From contig CAZPZZ010000001.1 of the NCBI GenBank assembly GCA_964591245.1, positions 1-59,835 of the forward strand: a stretch of 59,835 nucleotides of DNA. Direction: 5' to 3'. The stretch's first letter is position 1, and every line of letters begins with the position of its first letter. The translations under genes and the position numbers were made by a program. Shown here piece after piece: positions 8,962 through 19,158 of this stretch. The notes under the pieces were generated by a model that saw nothing but the letters and a program-made list of their open reading frames with translations, ran no database searches and was not told the DNA's origin. The stretch comes from an uncultured Vicinamibacteraceae bacterium (GTDB taxonomy: Bacteria > Acidobacteriota > Vicinamibacteria > Vicinamibacterales > UBA8438).

Positions 8962-10350
8962 TCAGGCGATCCCGAACTCGTAAAGATGGAGCAACACGAT
9001 CGCGAAGAGATACAAGGTTCCGCTGAATCCAATATTGCTGTAGGCCACCGCCCAGTTACTCACACCGTAGCGGGTGTTGAGAATCAAGTTCGTACCCGAC
9101 ATCGGGTTGACAGCGCAGCCAAGACCCCATCCCATGGCAAATGCTATGGCCACAAGCGTTGGATCGGACTCAATCGAAATCAGCAGCGGCGCCACCACGC
9201 TCACAATGACGACCGGATGGATGCAGATCAAAGACAAGACAATGAAAATGAGAAGTAACCCGCTGGCCTGAAGCGCCCCGAATTCAGTGACGGGTGTCCA
9301 CCCATCGAGACCGGCTACGGCGGCAACCAACCCCGACGCGAGCACACCCGCACCCAGGAACAACGCGAGTTCCCCACCCATTTCGGGTAATCGACGCGTG
9401 ACATAGACAGTCATCGCATGGCGTAGCCCCGCGAGGCCCCCCCGAGCCACCAACGCACCACACACCACCAGAGGCGTCAGGACCGTAATAAGCGACAGCA
9501 CTGAGATTTCATCGATCACGAGTACGCCCCCCATCACCGTCAGGGCCAGCACCACTGGCAGTCGGAGACTCTCGAAGTGAATGGGGTACCCGCGGAAATT
9601 CTCCAGGTCGTCCACGCGACCGCTGCGAGCGTACCAGTACAGGAGCAGGAGGCCGGCCATGGCCAACGGTAAACCAGACAGCACCAAGCCGAGCGGATTC
9701 GACCCCGGCGTATAGGCAAGAGCCAGCGCAACCCCACCAATGAACGGCGAATAGAAGGCCACGGCAGAAAACGCGCGGCTGAGCAATAGCGCCTGCTGCA
9801 TCCGCAGCGACGCCATGTGAGCCAACCGATCCGCCATGAGGATGAGTGCCGAAATATTGATAACGGAAGCAAAACCGTGCACACCCAGCATGCTCCGAAC
9901 GTAGGCGCCTATCCCCCGGGGCAGCTGCCCGTCCGCCTTTGTGTCTGACGGACTCAACAAGCGCAAGAGAGACACCGATGCGAGCATCGACAGAATCAGC
10001 TGGTTCCGCCCCAGCACGCTCTCGATCTGAACCGTGGCCCCATGCTCTCTGCCCCACCACAGCGCGACAAGACCAAGCGCGAAGAACACCAGGGTTTGGA
10101 TCCGCTGCTGCGCCCCGAGCCCAGGCCAGAGCAGTGAGAAAGCCCCCCAGGCGGCGGTTGCCGGCAACCAGGTGGGCCCCGCTGGCCAGCCCGTCGCAAC
10201 CATCGACGCCCCCAACATACAAGCCACCACTAACCCGGCAACCTCTCGGCGCCCGATGCCGCGCGATCCGGCCGGGCCAGATTCCGGTGTATACCCATCC
10301 CGACTTGAACTCCCACCTGCGGTGGGCTCCGCTGAAATCGCCGTGTTCAT
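8962..10350 (-). CDS. Multi-pass membrane protein, probable ion-transporter (IT) superfamily-like permease
   Basis: More than 10 hydrophobic segments, with re-entrant-loop-like MLGVHGFASVINIS and CIHPVV...NPMSG motifs. Start moved to ATG 10350 because the upstream extension overlaps the divergent dctP. Confidence 0.55.
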   Translation of the reverse strand: MNTAISAEPTAGGSSSRDGYTPESGPAGSRGIGRREVAGLVVACMLGASMVATGWPAGPTWLPATAAWGAFSLLWPGLGAQQRIQTLVFFALGLVALWWGREHGATVQIESVLGRNQLILSMLASVSLLRLLSPSDTKADGQLPRGIGAYVRSMLGVHGFASVINISALILMADRLAHMASLRMQQALLLSRAFSAVAFYSPFIGGVALALAYTPGSNPLGLVLSGLPLAMAGLLLLYWYARSGRVDDLENFRGYPIHFESLRLPVVLALTVMGGVLVIDEISVLSLITVLTPLVVCGALVARGGLAGLRHAMTVYVTRRLPEMGGELALFLGAGVLASGLVAAVAGLDGWTPVTEFGALQASGLLLIFIVLSLICIHPVVIVSVVAPLLISIESDPTLVAIAFAMGWGLGCAVNPMSGTNLILNTRYGVSNWAVAYSNIGFSGTLYLFAIVLLHLYEFGIA

Positions 10351-10494
10351 ATGGGAGTCGAAACAGGGTCGACAGGCCGCAACGTGGGCCGGGGATGAGC
10401 GCTTGAGGTCAGTCTGAATCTCTCTACAGGCCGCGACACGCGTATGTGACGAGTATACTCGGTAGGTTCTCAATGCTTTGTAGCGGGTTCGTCC

Positions 10495-11628
10495 ATGGAT
10501 CCCATGACTGACCATAAGACGGCCGTCACCTGGAGTCGGCGGCGCATTCTGGCCTCTCTCGCCGGCGTGGCCACAGCCGCCCCATTGATTCAAGGGACGC
10601 GCGGCGGGTCAGACGACCACATCCTGCTGCGCTACACGGCGCACGTACCGAGTTCGCATGGACTCTATGCGAAGGTATTCCTACCGTGGGTGGACATCGT
10701 GACGGAACGCACAGGCGGCCGTATTCGGTGGGAACACTACGTGGACGGGTTACTGCACGGTGCACTCGAGGGCTTCAAGGCGGTCGCGACCGGTGTTACC
10801 GACTACACGCATGCCTACGCCACGTACCAACCTGGTAGTTTTCAGCTTACGCACGGCCTGCAGCTGCCGTTCTTGTTTTCGAGCTCTGGTGTCGCCGCCC
10901 TCGTTTCCGAGGAGTTGTATCCTACCTACCTCAAGGACGAATACGAGCGAATGGGCGTCTACCTGGCCCACTGCGATTCGACGACCGCCTACGATATCCT
11001 GTCGAAAACACCAGTCCGTACGCCGGAGGATATTCAAGGTCTGAAAGTCCGGTCGACCGGCGGTTTGATGGCCGAGATCCTTCGCCAGGTTGGCGCAATC
11101 CCGGTGGTCCTGGCTGCCGCCGAGACCTACACCGCGTTCCAACGCGGCATTATCGATGCGGTCGCGGTCAGCGCGCCCGACATGGCGGCCTATCGCCTGT
11201 ATGAAATTGGACGCTACTACCTCCCGATACGACTGACCCATACCGTCATTCAATACTGCCTGAGCCCACGAACCTTTGATCGTCTGCCCGCCGATCTACG
11301 CGTGCAGCTCTACAACCTGTATCGCCTCCGGGGCCAGGTAGCACACCGTAATTTCTACGGCGGTGAGCCCTTGCAGGAGGCGATCGATCTGCTCGTTACA
11401 GGAGGGGTGGAAATCCTCGTGCCATCCGAGGACGAACGCCAGCAGTGGGTCGACGCCGTGCAACCACTCGAAGACCGGTTCATCAGCGAAAACGAAACGC
11501 TGGGCCTACCCGCGTCGGCCTTTGTCCAAGAGGCCAAGCGCCGCGCAGCCGTCTATCGCGGATGGAGTGACCAGCAACTCTGGGACCATGTCTCCCGGCA
11601 TCCCGTCCGGGGAGTGATCACACTGTGA
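10495..11628 (+). CDS. dctP: TRAP transporter substrate-binding protein (DctP family), Tat signal
   Basis: SRRRILASL Tat motif; PEDIQGLKVRS conserved Arg; YTAFQRGIIDA; first gene of a dctP-Q-M cluster with GTGA overlaps. Confidence 0.9.
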   Translation: MDPMTDHKTAVTWSRRRILASLAGVATAAPLIQGTRGGSDDHILLRYTAHVPSSHGLYAKVFLPWVDIVTERTGGRIRWEHYVDGLLHGALEGFKAVATGVTDYTHAYATYQPGSFQLTHGLQLPFLFSSSGVAALVSEELYPTYLKDEYERMGVYLAHCDSTTAYDILSKTPVRTPEDIQGLKVRSTGGLMAEILRQVGAIPVVLAAAETYTAFQRGIIDAVAVSAPDMAAYRLYEIGRYYLPIRLTHTVIQYCLSPRTFDRLPADLRVQLYNLYRLRGQVAHRNFYGGEPLQEAIDLLVTGGVEILVPSEDERQQWVDAVQPLEDRFISENETLGLPASAFVQEAKRRAAVYRGWSDQQLWDHVSRHPVRGVITL

Positions 11629-12173
11629 CCTTCCTGACTTGGCTCGACCGCGTGGCCAGCGAGATGGATCGATGGTCCGCCCGTCTGTCGTCGGTCCTCT
11701 TCGCACTCAGCATCTACGTCACCATGCCAGGGTTGATCGTCCTTGTCACGCTTGATGTCATCCTTCGATATATCTTCAACGCTCCACTGCAATGGGGCCG
11801 CGACGCGAACGGACTGTTGTTGATGATGACGATTTTCTTCGCGTTACCGCACGCATGGGACCGCGCGTATCACATCCGAATGGAGGTGTTCTACCTTCGT
11901 TTTTCAGAAACCCGGCGACGCGCCGTCGATGTTGTCTCCTCTGTCGCCGGCATCATTGTCTTCGGATTGATGGCCATACAGGGAGCCCGGTTCGTTCCGT
12001 TCATGATCCGGACGGGCGAGACCGGCGAGGACCTTGATCTCCCACTCTGGCCCTTCATGGGCATTCTGTCGATGTGCGCGTTCGTCATGGTCGCACGGGT
12101 TTTCGCTAACCCCCTCGGCCCTGAGCCGTCTCTCCCGCCTGCTCAGCCTCGGACCAAAGGCACCGACTCGTGA
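11625..12173 (+). CDS. dctQ: TRAP transporter small permease
   Basis: Four TM helices, DVILRYIFNAP and HIRMEV motifs; lies between dctP and dctM. Confidence 0.9.
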   Translation: MTFLTWLDRVASEMDRWSARLSSVLFALSIYVTMPGLIVLVTLDVILRYIFNAPLQWGRDANGLLLMMTIFFALPHAWDRAYHIRMEVFYLRFSETRRRAVDVVSSVAGIIVFGLMAIQGARFVPFMIRTGETGEDLDLPLWPFMGILSMCAFVMVARVFANPLGPEPSLPPAQPRTKGTDS

Positions 12174-13471
12174 GTCCCACCGTCGCGGGTATCGTCGGCA
12201 TCGGCGCGATGTTCCTTTTGCTCATGCTTGGTGTGCCGATCGCATTGGCCATGGCCGTCACCGGAGCCGTCGGACTCTGGATATTGGAAGGCGCGGGCCC
12301 CGCCCTCGCGCACACATTGCTCATCCCCTGGGACGAAGGCCGCAGTTTCGTGCTCGTCACCATTCCCCTCTTCGTCTTAATGGGACAGCTCGTTTTCCAC
12401 ACGGGACTGGCCTCCGACCTCTACGACGGAGTCCGTACCTGGATCAGCCGAATTCCGGGTGGGATGGCCATCACCTCGGTCATCGCCTGCGGTGCATTTG
12501 GCGCAGTGACGGGATCCAGCATCGCGACGGTCGCCACCATGGGCGCCATCGTGATGCCGGAAATGCGACGGTACAAGTACCACCCACGTCTCGCCACAGG
12601 TGCCCTCGCTGCGTCCGGCACCTTGGGCATCCTCATACCTCCCAGTCTCATTTTCATTTTTTACGGGGTGATGACCGAGACGTCGATCGGGGCGCTATTC
12701 ATCGCCGGTATCGTTCCCGGCATTCTGACGGCTGCCATGTTCTCGGCCATCATTCTGCTGAGGTGCACGATCTCTCCGGCACTGGGTCCTCCCGGACCAC
12801 AAGCTAGCTGGAGTGAACGCTGGCGCTCGATGGTGGGCCTCTTACCTATTCTGGGCCTGTTCTCTTTGGTGATTGGCGGGATCTACGGCGGTATTTTCAC
12901 CCCAACGGAAGCCGCTGGAGTGGGATGCACCGGGGTGTTGCTGACGGCCACGCTACGGCGGCGCCTCACGGCGCCCGCCGTGAGACGGGCGCTGGAAGAG
13001 ACCGCATTGGTCAGTGCGATGATCTTTGCGATTATCGTAGGCGGGTATCTCGTAGCAAGATTTCTGGCCGTGACCGGTATTACGGAGAACCTGGTCGCGA
13101 CACTCGTCGAGATGGAACTGAGCCGCGTGTCGTTCCTTCTGCTGCTCGTGGTGCTCTACCTGGCGCTCGGCGCGATGGTCGACGTGTTCGGCATGCTGGT
13201 CCTGACGATCCCGTTTGTCATGCCGGTCGTGGGCGAATTAGGGATCGATCCCATCTGGTTCGGTGTCTTCGCGGTCATGATGGCGGAACTTGCCCTGGTG
13301 ACACCACCTATCGGAGCGAATGTATTCGTGATGCGCCGCACCGCCCCGGAGGTTCCGATGGGAGACATCTTCCTGGGCGTGATGCCCTTCGTGATCGGCG
13401 AACTGATCGTAATCGCCTTGGTTATCGCATTTCCCGAGATCGCCTTGTGGCTACCTGGACGCATGCGGTAA
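12170..13471 (+). CDS. dctM: TRAP transporter large permease
   Basis: TIPLFVLMG, FGAVTGSSIAT, GTLGILIPPS, GIFTPTEAA and ALVTPPIG motifs. Confidence 0.95.
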   Translation: MSPTVAGIVGIGAMFLLLMLGVPIALAMAVTGAVGLWILEGAGPALAHTLLIPWDEGRSFVLVTIPLFVLMGQLVFHTGLASDLYDGVRTWISRIPGGMAITSVIACGAFGAVTGSSIATVATMGAIVMPEMRRYKYHPRLATGALAASGTLGILIPPSLIFIFYGVMTETSIGALFIAGIVPGILTAAMFSAIILLRCTISPALGPPGPQASWSERWRSMVGLLPILGLFSLVIGGIYGGIFTPTEAAGVGCTGVLLTATLRRRLTAPAVRRALEETALVSAMIFAIIVGGYLVARFLAVTGITENLVATLVEMELSRVSFLLLLVVLYLALGAMVDVFGMLVLTIPFVMPVVGELGIDPIWFGVFAVMMAELALVTPPIGANVFVMRRTAPEVPMGDIFLGVMPFVIGELIVIALVIAFPEIALWLPGRMR

Positions 13472-13625
13472 CGCGTTCGCCCGACCGACACGTCGATCGC
13501 GATTTGCTCTGCTCCCTGCACCCCGTCGCGGCCCATTCCAACCGGCTATCGACACAGAAGACCGGATGACCAAGGCCGTTATCCCCCACGGTATGGCTGA
13601 CGGGGCCGGAGAGGGGGACGCGCGG

Positions 13626-14480
13626 CTATAATCCGCGCAGCCCCTCGGTCAGTTCAATGGACACACCCCACGGGTCAGTGAGAAACGCGTAGCCAATCCC
13701 AGACATGTGCTCGGTGTAGGGCACGTCGAACGTAAAGCCCCGCGCAACAAGTTCCCGACAATAGGCCTCCAGATCAGTGATCTCGAAGCCAATATGGTCA
13801 AGCATGCGACCGCGGGTAGGCGCTCCGCCCCGGTCAGGATTGAACGAGAAGTTGAAATTGACACCTGGCAGGTCAACAGCGTCATAGCGCCAACGCATAC
13901 CGGACGTCCCCCCGAACGTCGACGCGTACCATGCCTGCGCCTCTTTGACAGCATCCTCCACGAGATAGAGGTGCAGGTGATGCGACGCAATGGGCACCGG
14001 CAACGGCTGATTGTGCCGCTCGGCCACCGGGGGCAGCCGACCATCTTCAGTGGTGAAGGCCAGATTGGTGGCCGTATCGTCGAAAAGCTCGATGCGTTCG
14101 CCCTCCGGCGAGAAAACGTTCGTCACGCCGGAGGTGGCGGCCGCCAGATCGAAATCGAGCCCAGCATCAGCCACCGTTTCCAGCGACTGCACCCGGAACG
14201 CCACGTGGTTCAGAATTGAGCCCTCGGTTCCGCCCGCCGGGTCGCCCTCGGTCAAAAAGACCAGGACGCCCGGGAACGTCACGACCACCGATTCGCCGAA
14301 GCCGCTTACATCACCACCCAGCGACTCCCAGAACCGTTGATTCGCGTCAAGGTCTCGCACGTAATAGTGCAGATGCCCCATCGCGACACCCGCCTCATTC
14401 GGTGCAGCCAGCTGCGCTCCAACCGGAACCGACGACCCCGCACATACGAGCAGCGCGAGAAGCAGTGGGGAGCCCCTCAC
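13626..14480 (-). CDS. Exported two-domain VOC (glyoxalase/extradiol dioxygenase) family protein
   Basis: GHLH..NHVAF..IELF and HHLH..DHIGF..IELTE betaalphabetabetabeta repeats; signal peptide. The GTG start at 14480 overlaps the upstream TGA (GTGA). Confidence 0.75.
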   Translation of the reverse strand: MRGSPLLLALLVCAGSSVPVGAQLAAPNEAGVAMGHLHYYVRDLDANQRFWESLGGDVSGFGESVVVTFPGVLVFLTEGDPAGGTEGSILNHVAFRVQSLETVADAGLDFDLAAATSGVTNVFSPEGERIELFDDTATNLAFTTEDGRLPPVAERHNQPLPVPIASHHLHLYLVEDAVKEAQAWYASTFGGTSGMRWRYDAVDLPGVNFNFSFNPDRGGAPTRGRMLDHIGFEITDLEAYCRELVARGFTFDVPYTEHMSGIGYAFLTDPWGVSIELTEGLRGL

Positions 14481-15487
14481 TGGCCGGCCGCCTCTTCCAC
14501 ACGGGCCCCCCCAAGCATGACCGGCATCGAATAATTGCCTTCGTGACACGCGTACTCGAACATCGGTTCCGGATTCAGACGCAGCGGAACCGTCGCTGTC
14601 CAGGGGCTCGACCAGGTCTCGGGATCAGTGACCGTAAACTGATATTCCAGCGTGTCTGCATCGACCCTCGTAAATCGTTCGACAAGGCGCGCACTCGCGG
14701 TCGTTCCCCGCCACTTCCGTTTTGCATCAAAGTTCCGCGTCTCCACCACGAGAGTGTCGCCTTCCCAGTGGCCACGAGAATCTCCCGACCACTGTAGGAC
14801 ATCGGGATCCAACTGCGAACGCCCATCGAGTGGAATAATCCGAGCGGTATTCACCATCTCGGTCATCACCACGACCGTATCCGGAGTCTGGAACAGCTGC
14901 ATGTTGTTGTTGTACGCACTGGGCGTAAAGGGAGGCCCTGCATTGAACCCCAGAATGCATCGAACACCTGAGCTGAAATCCTCCCAGCTGTCGGCGGGGT
15001 GCTCCTCACGATAGACACGCCGTGCCTCCGCTCGCCGTTGGCCATCAGCCGTCAAATTCGGATACCGACCATTCGGAGGATAGGTGATCAATGAGGTCTG
15101 ACGCGTTTCCACCGTGTTGGTGCCGACATCTATCCAGAACTGGTTGTACGAACCGGGTGCCCCACGGTGCTCACCGACAGTAGTCCGCCGGTCGACGTTC
15201 TCGCCAACAGTCGTCCGTTGGGGAGGGGCATTCCACAGCGCCTGCTGACGCGCTTCCTCTGCCGCATCCAGTTCCGCCGCCTCCTCGGGAGTCAGAAACG
15301 CCTTATCCCCATAGTGCTCAGGACGTTGCATCGGCGTGATCGTGCGAAAATCCCACACACCCTGCAGGTCGGGTGCCCCCCACGTCGTACGCGGTGCTCC
15401 GTTGCCGTCGTCCTGCGCTTGCGTCGACACGGCTCCTAGCAGAGTCAACGCCGCGATGACACTCCCCCCGATCAGTCGGTTTGTCAT
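14477..15487 (-). CDS. Uncharacterised exported protein, 'EYACHEGNY' family, paralog 1
   Basis: PRTTWGAPDLQGVWDFRT, YNQFW, RCILGFN, WSGDSRGHWEGDTLVVET and FEYACHEGNY. ATG 15487 after AAGGAGAG. Confidence 0.8.
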   Translation of the reverse strand: MTNRLIGGSVIAALTLLGAVSTQAQDDGNGAPRTTWGAPDLQGVWDFRTITPMQRPEHYGDKAFLTPEEAAELDAAEEARQQALWNAPPQRTTVGENVDRRTTVGEHRGAPGSYNQFWIDVGTNTVETRQTSLITYPPNGRYPNLTADGQRRAEARRVYREEHPADSWEDFSSGVRCILGFNAGPPFTPSAYNNNMQLFQTPDTVVVMTEMVNTARIIPLDGRSQLDPDVLQWSGDSRGHWEGDTLVVETRNFDAKRKWRGTTASARLVERFTRVDADTLEYQFTVTDPETWSSPWTATVPLRLNPEPMFEYACHEGNYSMPVMLGGARVEEAAGQ

Positions 15488-15880
15488 ACCCTCTCTCCTT
15501 CTGTAAGACGCCATCCCGCCACGACGTCCGCGATCCGCCGTGTTGGCCAAGATGCACGCCGCAGAATCGCTCCAATCACCCTTCCCCTCTTAACCGAGGC
15601 ACCTGGGGGCACGGTAGACTAGAGCAGCCGCAGTGCTGCATCATCTATGACCGACGACGAGCGGAGGCGAGGGAAAGATTGTAGCGCACAATCCCGTCCG
15701 CCCCGCCGAACTCGGAACAATCGAGACGGCACCACCAGCGCCGTGATCCCAGGCGGCTGGCCAAGTTCAACCACCCAAGACAACGGCGTCTGCAACGACA
15801 TGCACCCAATAGGGGCCAGATTGAGGTATAAATGCAGCGTTTCGGACGTTGCATTCAAGAAGATCGCTGAGGATCCACTG

Positions 15881-17725
15881 ATGACCTCACCAACACCCAG
15901 GTACGTAACGATAGTGAGCGCGGCTCTCGTGCTTGCCCTTGGCGGACGCATGGCATTGGCCCAACCGCCACGCTGGTCACCAGGTCCGGCATCATGGGCC
16001 GGGGATCTGACTCCGATCACCGCCAGCGACTGGACGCCGGATCGAGCGGCACATCTGCTCGCGCGCGCGGGATTCGGCGGAACGCCGCAAGACATCCAGG
16101 CCCTCGCTCAGCTCTCTCCTGTAGACGCTGTGCGGTCGTTGGTCGACTATGGCAACATCGAAAATGGGCACCTTCCGCCATTCGAACATTCGGGATTATG
16201 GGATGAGGGGCTCTTGCACTTCCCGCCGAGCCGTCCAGCCGCGACTGAGCTTGCCGCCAGAAATGGCGAAAGCATGGGAGTCCGGATAAAGCCCGATCAC
16301 ATCAATCGGCACATGCAGCCGGTCTCGGACCGCTTCTTCTACTGGCTTCGGTCGACGTTGCTCGAAACCCGACGGGTCGGGTATTGGTGGGCGGAACGGA
16401 TGCTCGACACCCACCGGCCCCTCGAGGAAAAGATGGCCCTCTTCTGGCATGGCCACTTCGCCACGGCGGAAAACAAAGTGCGCGATTACCGGAAAATGCT
16501 CCTGCAAATCGAGACATTCCAGCGGCATGCCACCGGCAACTTCGGTGAATTACTGGTGGCCATTGCGCAGGACCCGGCGATGCTCTACTACCTGGACGCC
16601 GGAGTCAATGTGAAAGGGGCCGCCAATGAGAATTTTGCTCGTGAAGTCATGGAACTCTTCACGATGGGCGTTGGCCATTACACGGAACCAGACATCCGCG
16701 AGGCTGCGCGCGCCTTTACGGGCTGGAACTTCGAGAACCTCGACTTCGTCGTGCATCCCACGCTCCACGATAATGCCTCCAAGACTTTCTTGGGCCACAC
16801 CGGCAACTTCGACGGTGTCGACGTGTTGCAAATCATCCTGGAACAACCAATCACAGCCGAGTACATCGCGTCAAAAATTTACCGGTTCTTCGTACGGGAA
16901 GACCTATCGCCGGAACTGGCCGCCGAACTCGGTGATATCTTCCGCACTCACGACTACGAGATCCAACCGCTGCTCAGGACCATCTTTTCATCACGGGATT
17001 TCTACAGCGCAGCAAGCTACGGCGCTCACGTGAAAGGCCCAGTCGAGCATGTCATTACCTTGCTCAAACATCTCGACGCCAAAGACGTGCCTGGCGTGCC
17101 AGACTTTAATCGAACAACGACCGCACTCGGGCAACACTTATTGAATCCACCATCGGTGGCAGGGTGGGCTCAAGGACGGTCCTGGATCACCCCCGCGCTC
17201 ATCCTCGAGCGCGGCAACGTCGCCTTTGATTACCTCTTTCCTGACATCGTCAATTTCCGTGACCCCAACTTTCTCTCGCCCAGAGGGACCGGTCAAGTCG
17301 GTCAACGGTTACGGAATGGCTACGATTTCGGCAGTGCGATCGCGCTGAACGATCCCGCCAACATGTCCGCATTCGATCTCGTCGCGCTCGAGCGTGACGA
17401 ACTGTTCAACACCCGCATCTCCACCTATCGCGGGTGGGAACGTGCAGTCCGCAAGCTCATTCCGACACCGCGAGGCGGCGCGCGCATCGACTTCACCAAG
17501 ATGGTTCTCTCGTCAGGCTCAAAGACCACGAGCGAGGCGGTCGATTATCTGATCGGTCGGTTCCTGCGCGTACCGCTTGCGGCCTCCACCCGCGACGCCT
17601 TTGTGGCATTACTCGGGGACGAGTTGGGCACGTCGGACTTGACACGCGCGGAAACCTACATGGAGGATTCATTGCGCTTGGTCGCGCATATGATCTTGAG
17701 CACGCCGGAGTACCAGATCAATTAG
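15881..17725 (+). CDS. DUF1800 family protein, exported
   Basis: AAHLLARAGFG, LEEKMALFWHGHF, DPAMLYYLD, NENFAREVMELFTMG and PPSVAGW. Start moved to ATG 15881 (upstream GAGG), ahead of a signal peptide. Confidence 0.88.
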   Translation: MTSPTPRYVTIVSAALVLALGGRMALAQPPRWSPGPASWAGDLTPITASDWTPDRAAHLLARAGFGGTPQDIQALAQLSPVDAVRSLVDYGNIENGHLPPFEHSGLWDEGLLHFPPSRPAATELAARNGESMGVRIKPDHINRHMQPVSDRFFYWLRSTLLETRRVGYWWAERMLDTHRPLEEKMALFWHGHFATAENKVRDYRKMLLQIETFQRHATGNFGELLVAIAQDPAMLYYLDAGVNVKGAANENFAREVMELFTMGVGHYTEPDIREAARAFTGWNFENLDFVVHPTLHDNASKTFLGHTGNFDGVDVLQIILEQPITAEYIASKIYRFFVREDLSPELAAELGDIFRTHDYEIQPLLRTIFSSRDFYSAASYGAHVKGPVEHVITLLKHLDAKDVPGVPDFNRTTTALGQHLLNPPSVAGWAQGRSWITPALILERGNVAFDYLFPDIVNFRDPNFLSPRGTGQVGQRLRNGYDFGSAIALNDPANMSAFDLVALERDELFNTRISTYRGWERAVRKLIPTPRGGARIDFTKMVLSSGSKTTSEAVDYLIGRFLRVPLAASTRDAFVALLGDELGTSDLTRAETYMEDSLRLVAHMILSTPEYQIN

Positions 17726-17761
17726 GCTGTTCGGAGACCCGAAACAAGGTAGACAGAGCTC

Positions 17762-19012
17762 ATGACAAATCGAAGCAAACGGTTGTGTGAAGCCAGTGGC
17801 GTATCCCGGCGGGAAGCTCTAAAAATCGGCGCCAGAGGCCTCGCGCTTGGGGTAGCCGGAGCCGTCAGCCCACTCCCCCCGCTTTTTGGTGCGGCCTCGA
17901 AGGCTCTCGCCGCAACCGAAGGGAAGATCCTCGTCGTCTTCGAGTGGTTCGGTGGCTACGATGGCTTGAGTACGTTCGTTCCGTATAGCAACGACGCCCT
18001 GTATCGCCATCGACCGAACATTGGTGTCCGCGAGGCTGACGTGCTGAAAGTCGACGAACATTTTGGCTTTCAGAAGTCCATGCTTGGCATGCACCGGCTC
18101 TGGGAAGAGGGAAACCTTGCGGTCATTCACGGCGCGGGTTACGACCAGCCGTCATTTTCGCACTTCACGTCGGCGTCCTACTGGCATACAGGTGCACCGA
18201 ACAGTGGAGAGGAATTCGGATGGTACGGACGTACCGCGGATGTACTCGATCCCAAGGGAACGCCCAACTACCTCGTCAACATCTCGCCCACCCAAACGTT
18301 GGCTGTTCGAGCCCGCGAACACGTCCCCGTGGTGTTCGATGAGCCGTCAGCATTCACACGCAACGTGTTCCACCCTCAGCACCCGATCGTCGATCACCTG
18401 GGGGTGGGCCAGGAAGCCCAGACGGGCGTCCACAAATTCCTGCTGGACGTCAATCGAAGCGCGCGTGATGCATCTGCGCTAGTCAGCGAGGCGTGGAGCC
18501 AGTACAACCAGACACGTAATCCGGATCTTCGCCTCCTGGACCTCGACAAAGTCGTAGCCTTGATCGAGGCAGACTTCCCTGCACGGCTGTACTACGTTCG
18601 CCTGCAAAATAGCCTATTCGATACCCACGTAAATCAAGAGAGCCCCCACAACCGACAGGTGCAGTACTGCTCGGACGCCCTCTGGTCGTTCTTCGAAGAA
18701 ATGAAACGGCTTGGTAAAGAAGATGACGTGGCCGTCTTTGTGCACAGCGAGTTCGGGCGTCGCGTGCCAGAAAACACCAGCCTTGGCACGGATCACGGCA
18801 CCGCCAATGTCTCCTTCGTCATGGGTGGTGGAATCAACGGAGGACAATACAGCACGCCGCCGAGTCTCACGGACCTGGTCCACGGTGACAATCTCCAGCA
18901 CACCATCGATTTTCGGCGTGTTTACGCATCGTTGATCGAAGAATTCCTCGGACACCCGTCGGCTGAAGACGTGATCGGCGAGAAGCTGAAGACGCTCGGC
19001 CTATTTGCTTGA
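17762..19012 (+). CDS. DUF1501 family protein (Tat signal), partner of DUF1800
   Basis: SRREALK Tat motif, GGYDGL, SHF, FDTH, SEFGRR and GTDHG; 36 bp downstream of DUF1800. Confidence 0.88.
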   Translation: MTNRSKRLCEASGVSRREALKIGARGLALGVAGAVSPLPPLFGAASKALAATEGKILVVFEWFGGYDGLSTFVPYSNDALYRHRPNIGVREADVLKVDEHFGFQKSMLGMHRLWEEGNLAVIHGAGYDQPSFSHFTSASYWHTGAPNSGEEFGWYGRTADVLDPKGTPNYLVNISPTQTLAVRAREHVPVVFDEPSAFTRNVFHPQHPIVDHLGVGQEAQTGVHKFLLDVNRSARDASALVSEAWSQYNQTRNPDLRLLDLDKVVALIEADFPARLYYVRLQNSLFDTHVNQESPHNRQVQYCSDALWSFFEEMKRLGKEDDVAVFVHSEFGRRVPENTSLGTDHGTANVSFVMGGGINGGQYSTPPSLTDLVHGDNLQHTIDFRRVYASLIEEFLGHPSAEDVIGEKLKTLGLFA

Positions 19013-19050
19013 TCAGAGAACGCACTGATCCGCACTGAGCTCATAGGTAC

Positions 19051-19104
19051 GGGAGCCGGCCCCGCAACGCCCTACACACTGGGGCGGGTGAGAGATCGGC
19101 TCCC
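19051..19104. repeat. Intergenic inverted repeat / stem-loop
   Basis: GGGAGCCG (19051-19058) / CGGCTCCC (19097-19104), with inner GCCCC/GGGGC pairing; preceded by the direct repeat CGCACTGA x2 (19021-19038). Confidence 0.45.
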
Positions 19105-19158
19105 CCTCCTGAATGCTGTGCGTCGGAGAAATTCCTCCACACTGGGAGAAGCAATCGC

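Noticed and set aside
10350-10593. Long N-terminal extension of the membrane protein
   Set aside because: It overlaps dctP and its promoter region, and the translation is not protein-like.
15671-15700. GATTGT-N5-ACAATC inverted repeat as an operator
   Set aside because: The arms are only 6 bp, there is a single copy and it matches no consensus I can name with confidence.
15647-15880. Upstream extension of DUF1800
   Set aside because: The RBS and signal peptide support ATG 15881, so the region is better explained as a divergent promoter.
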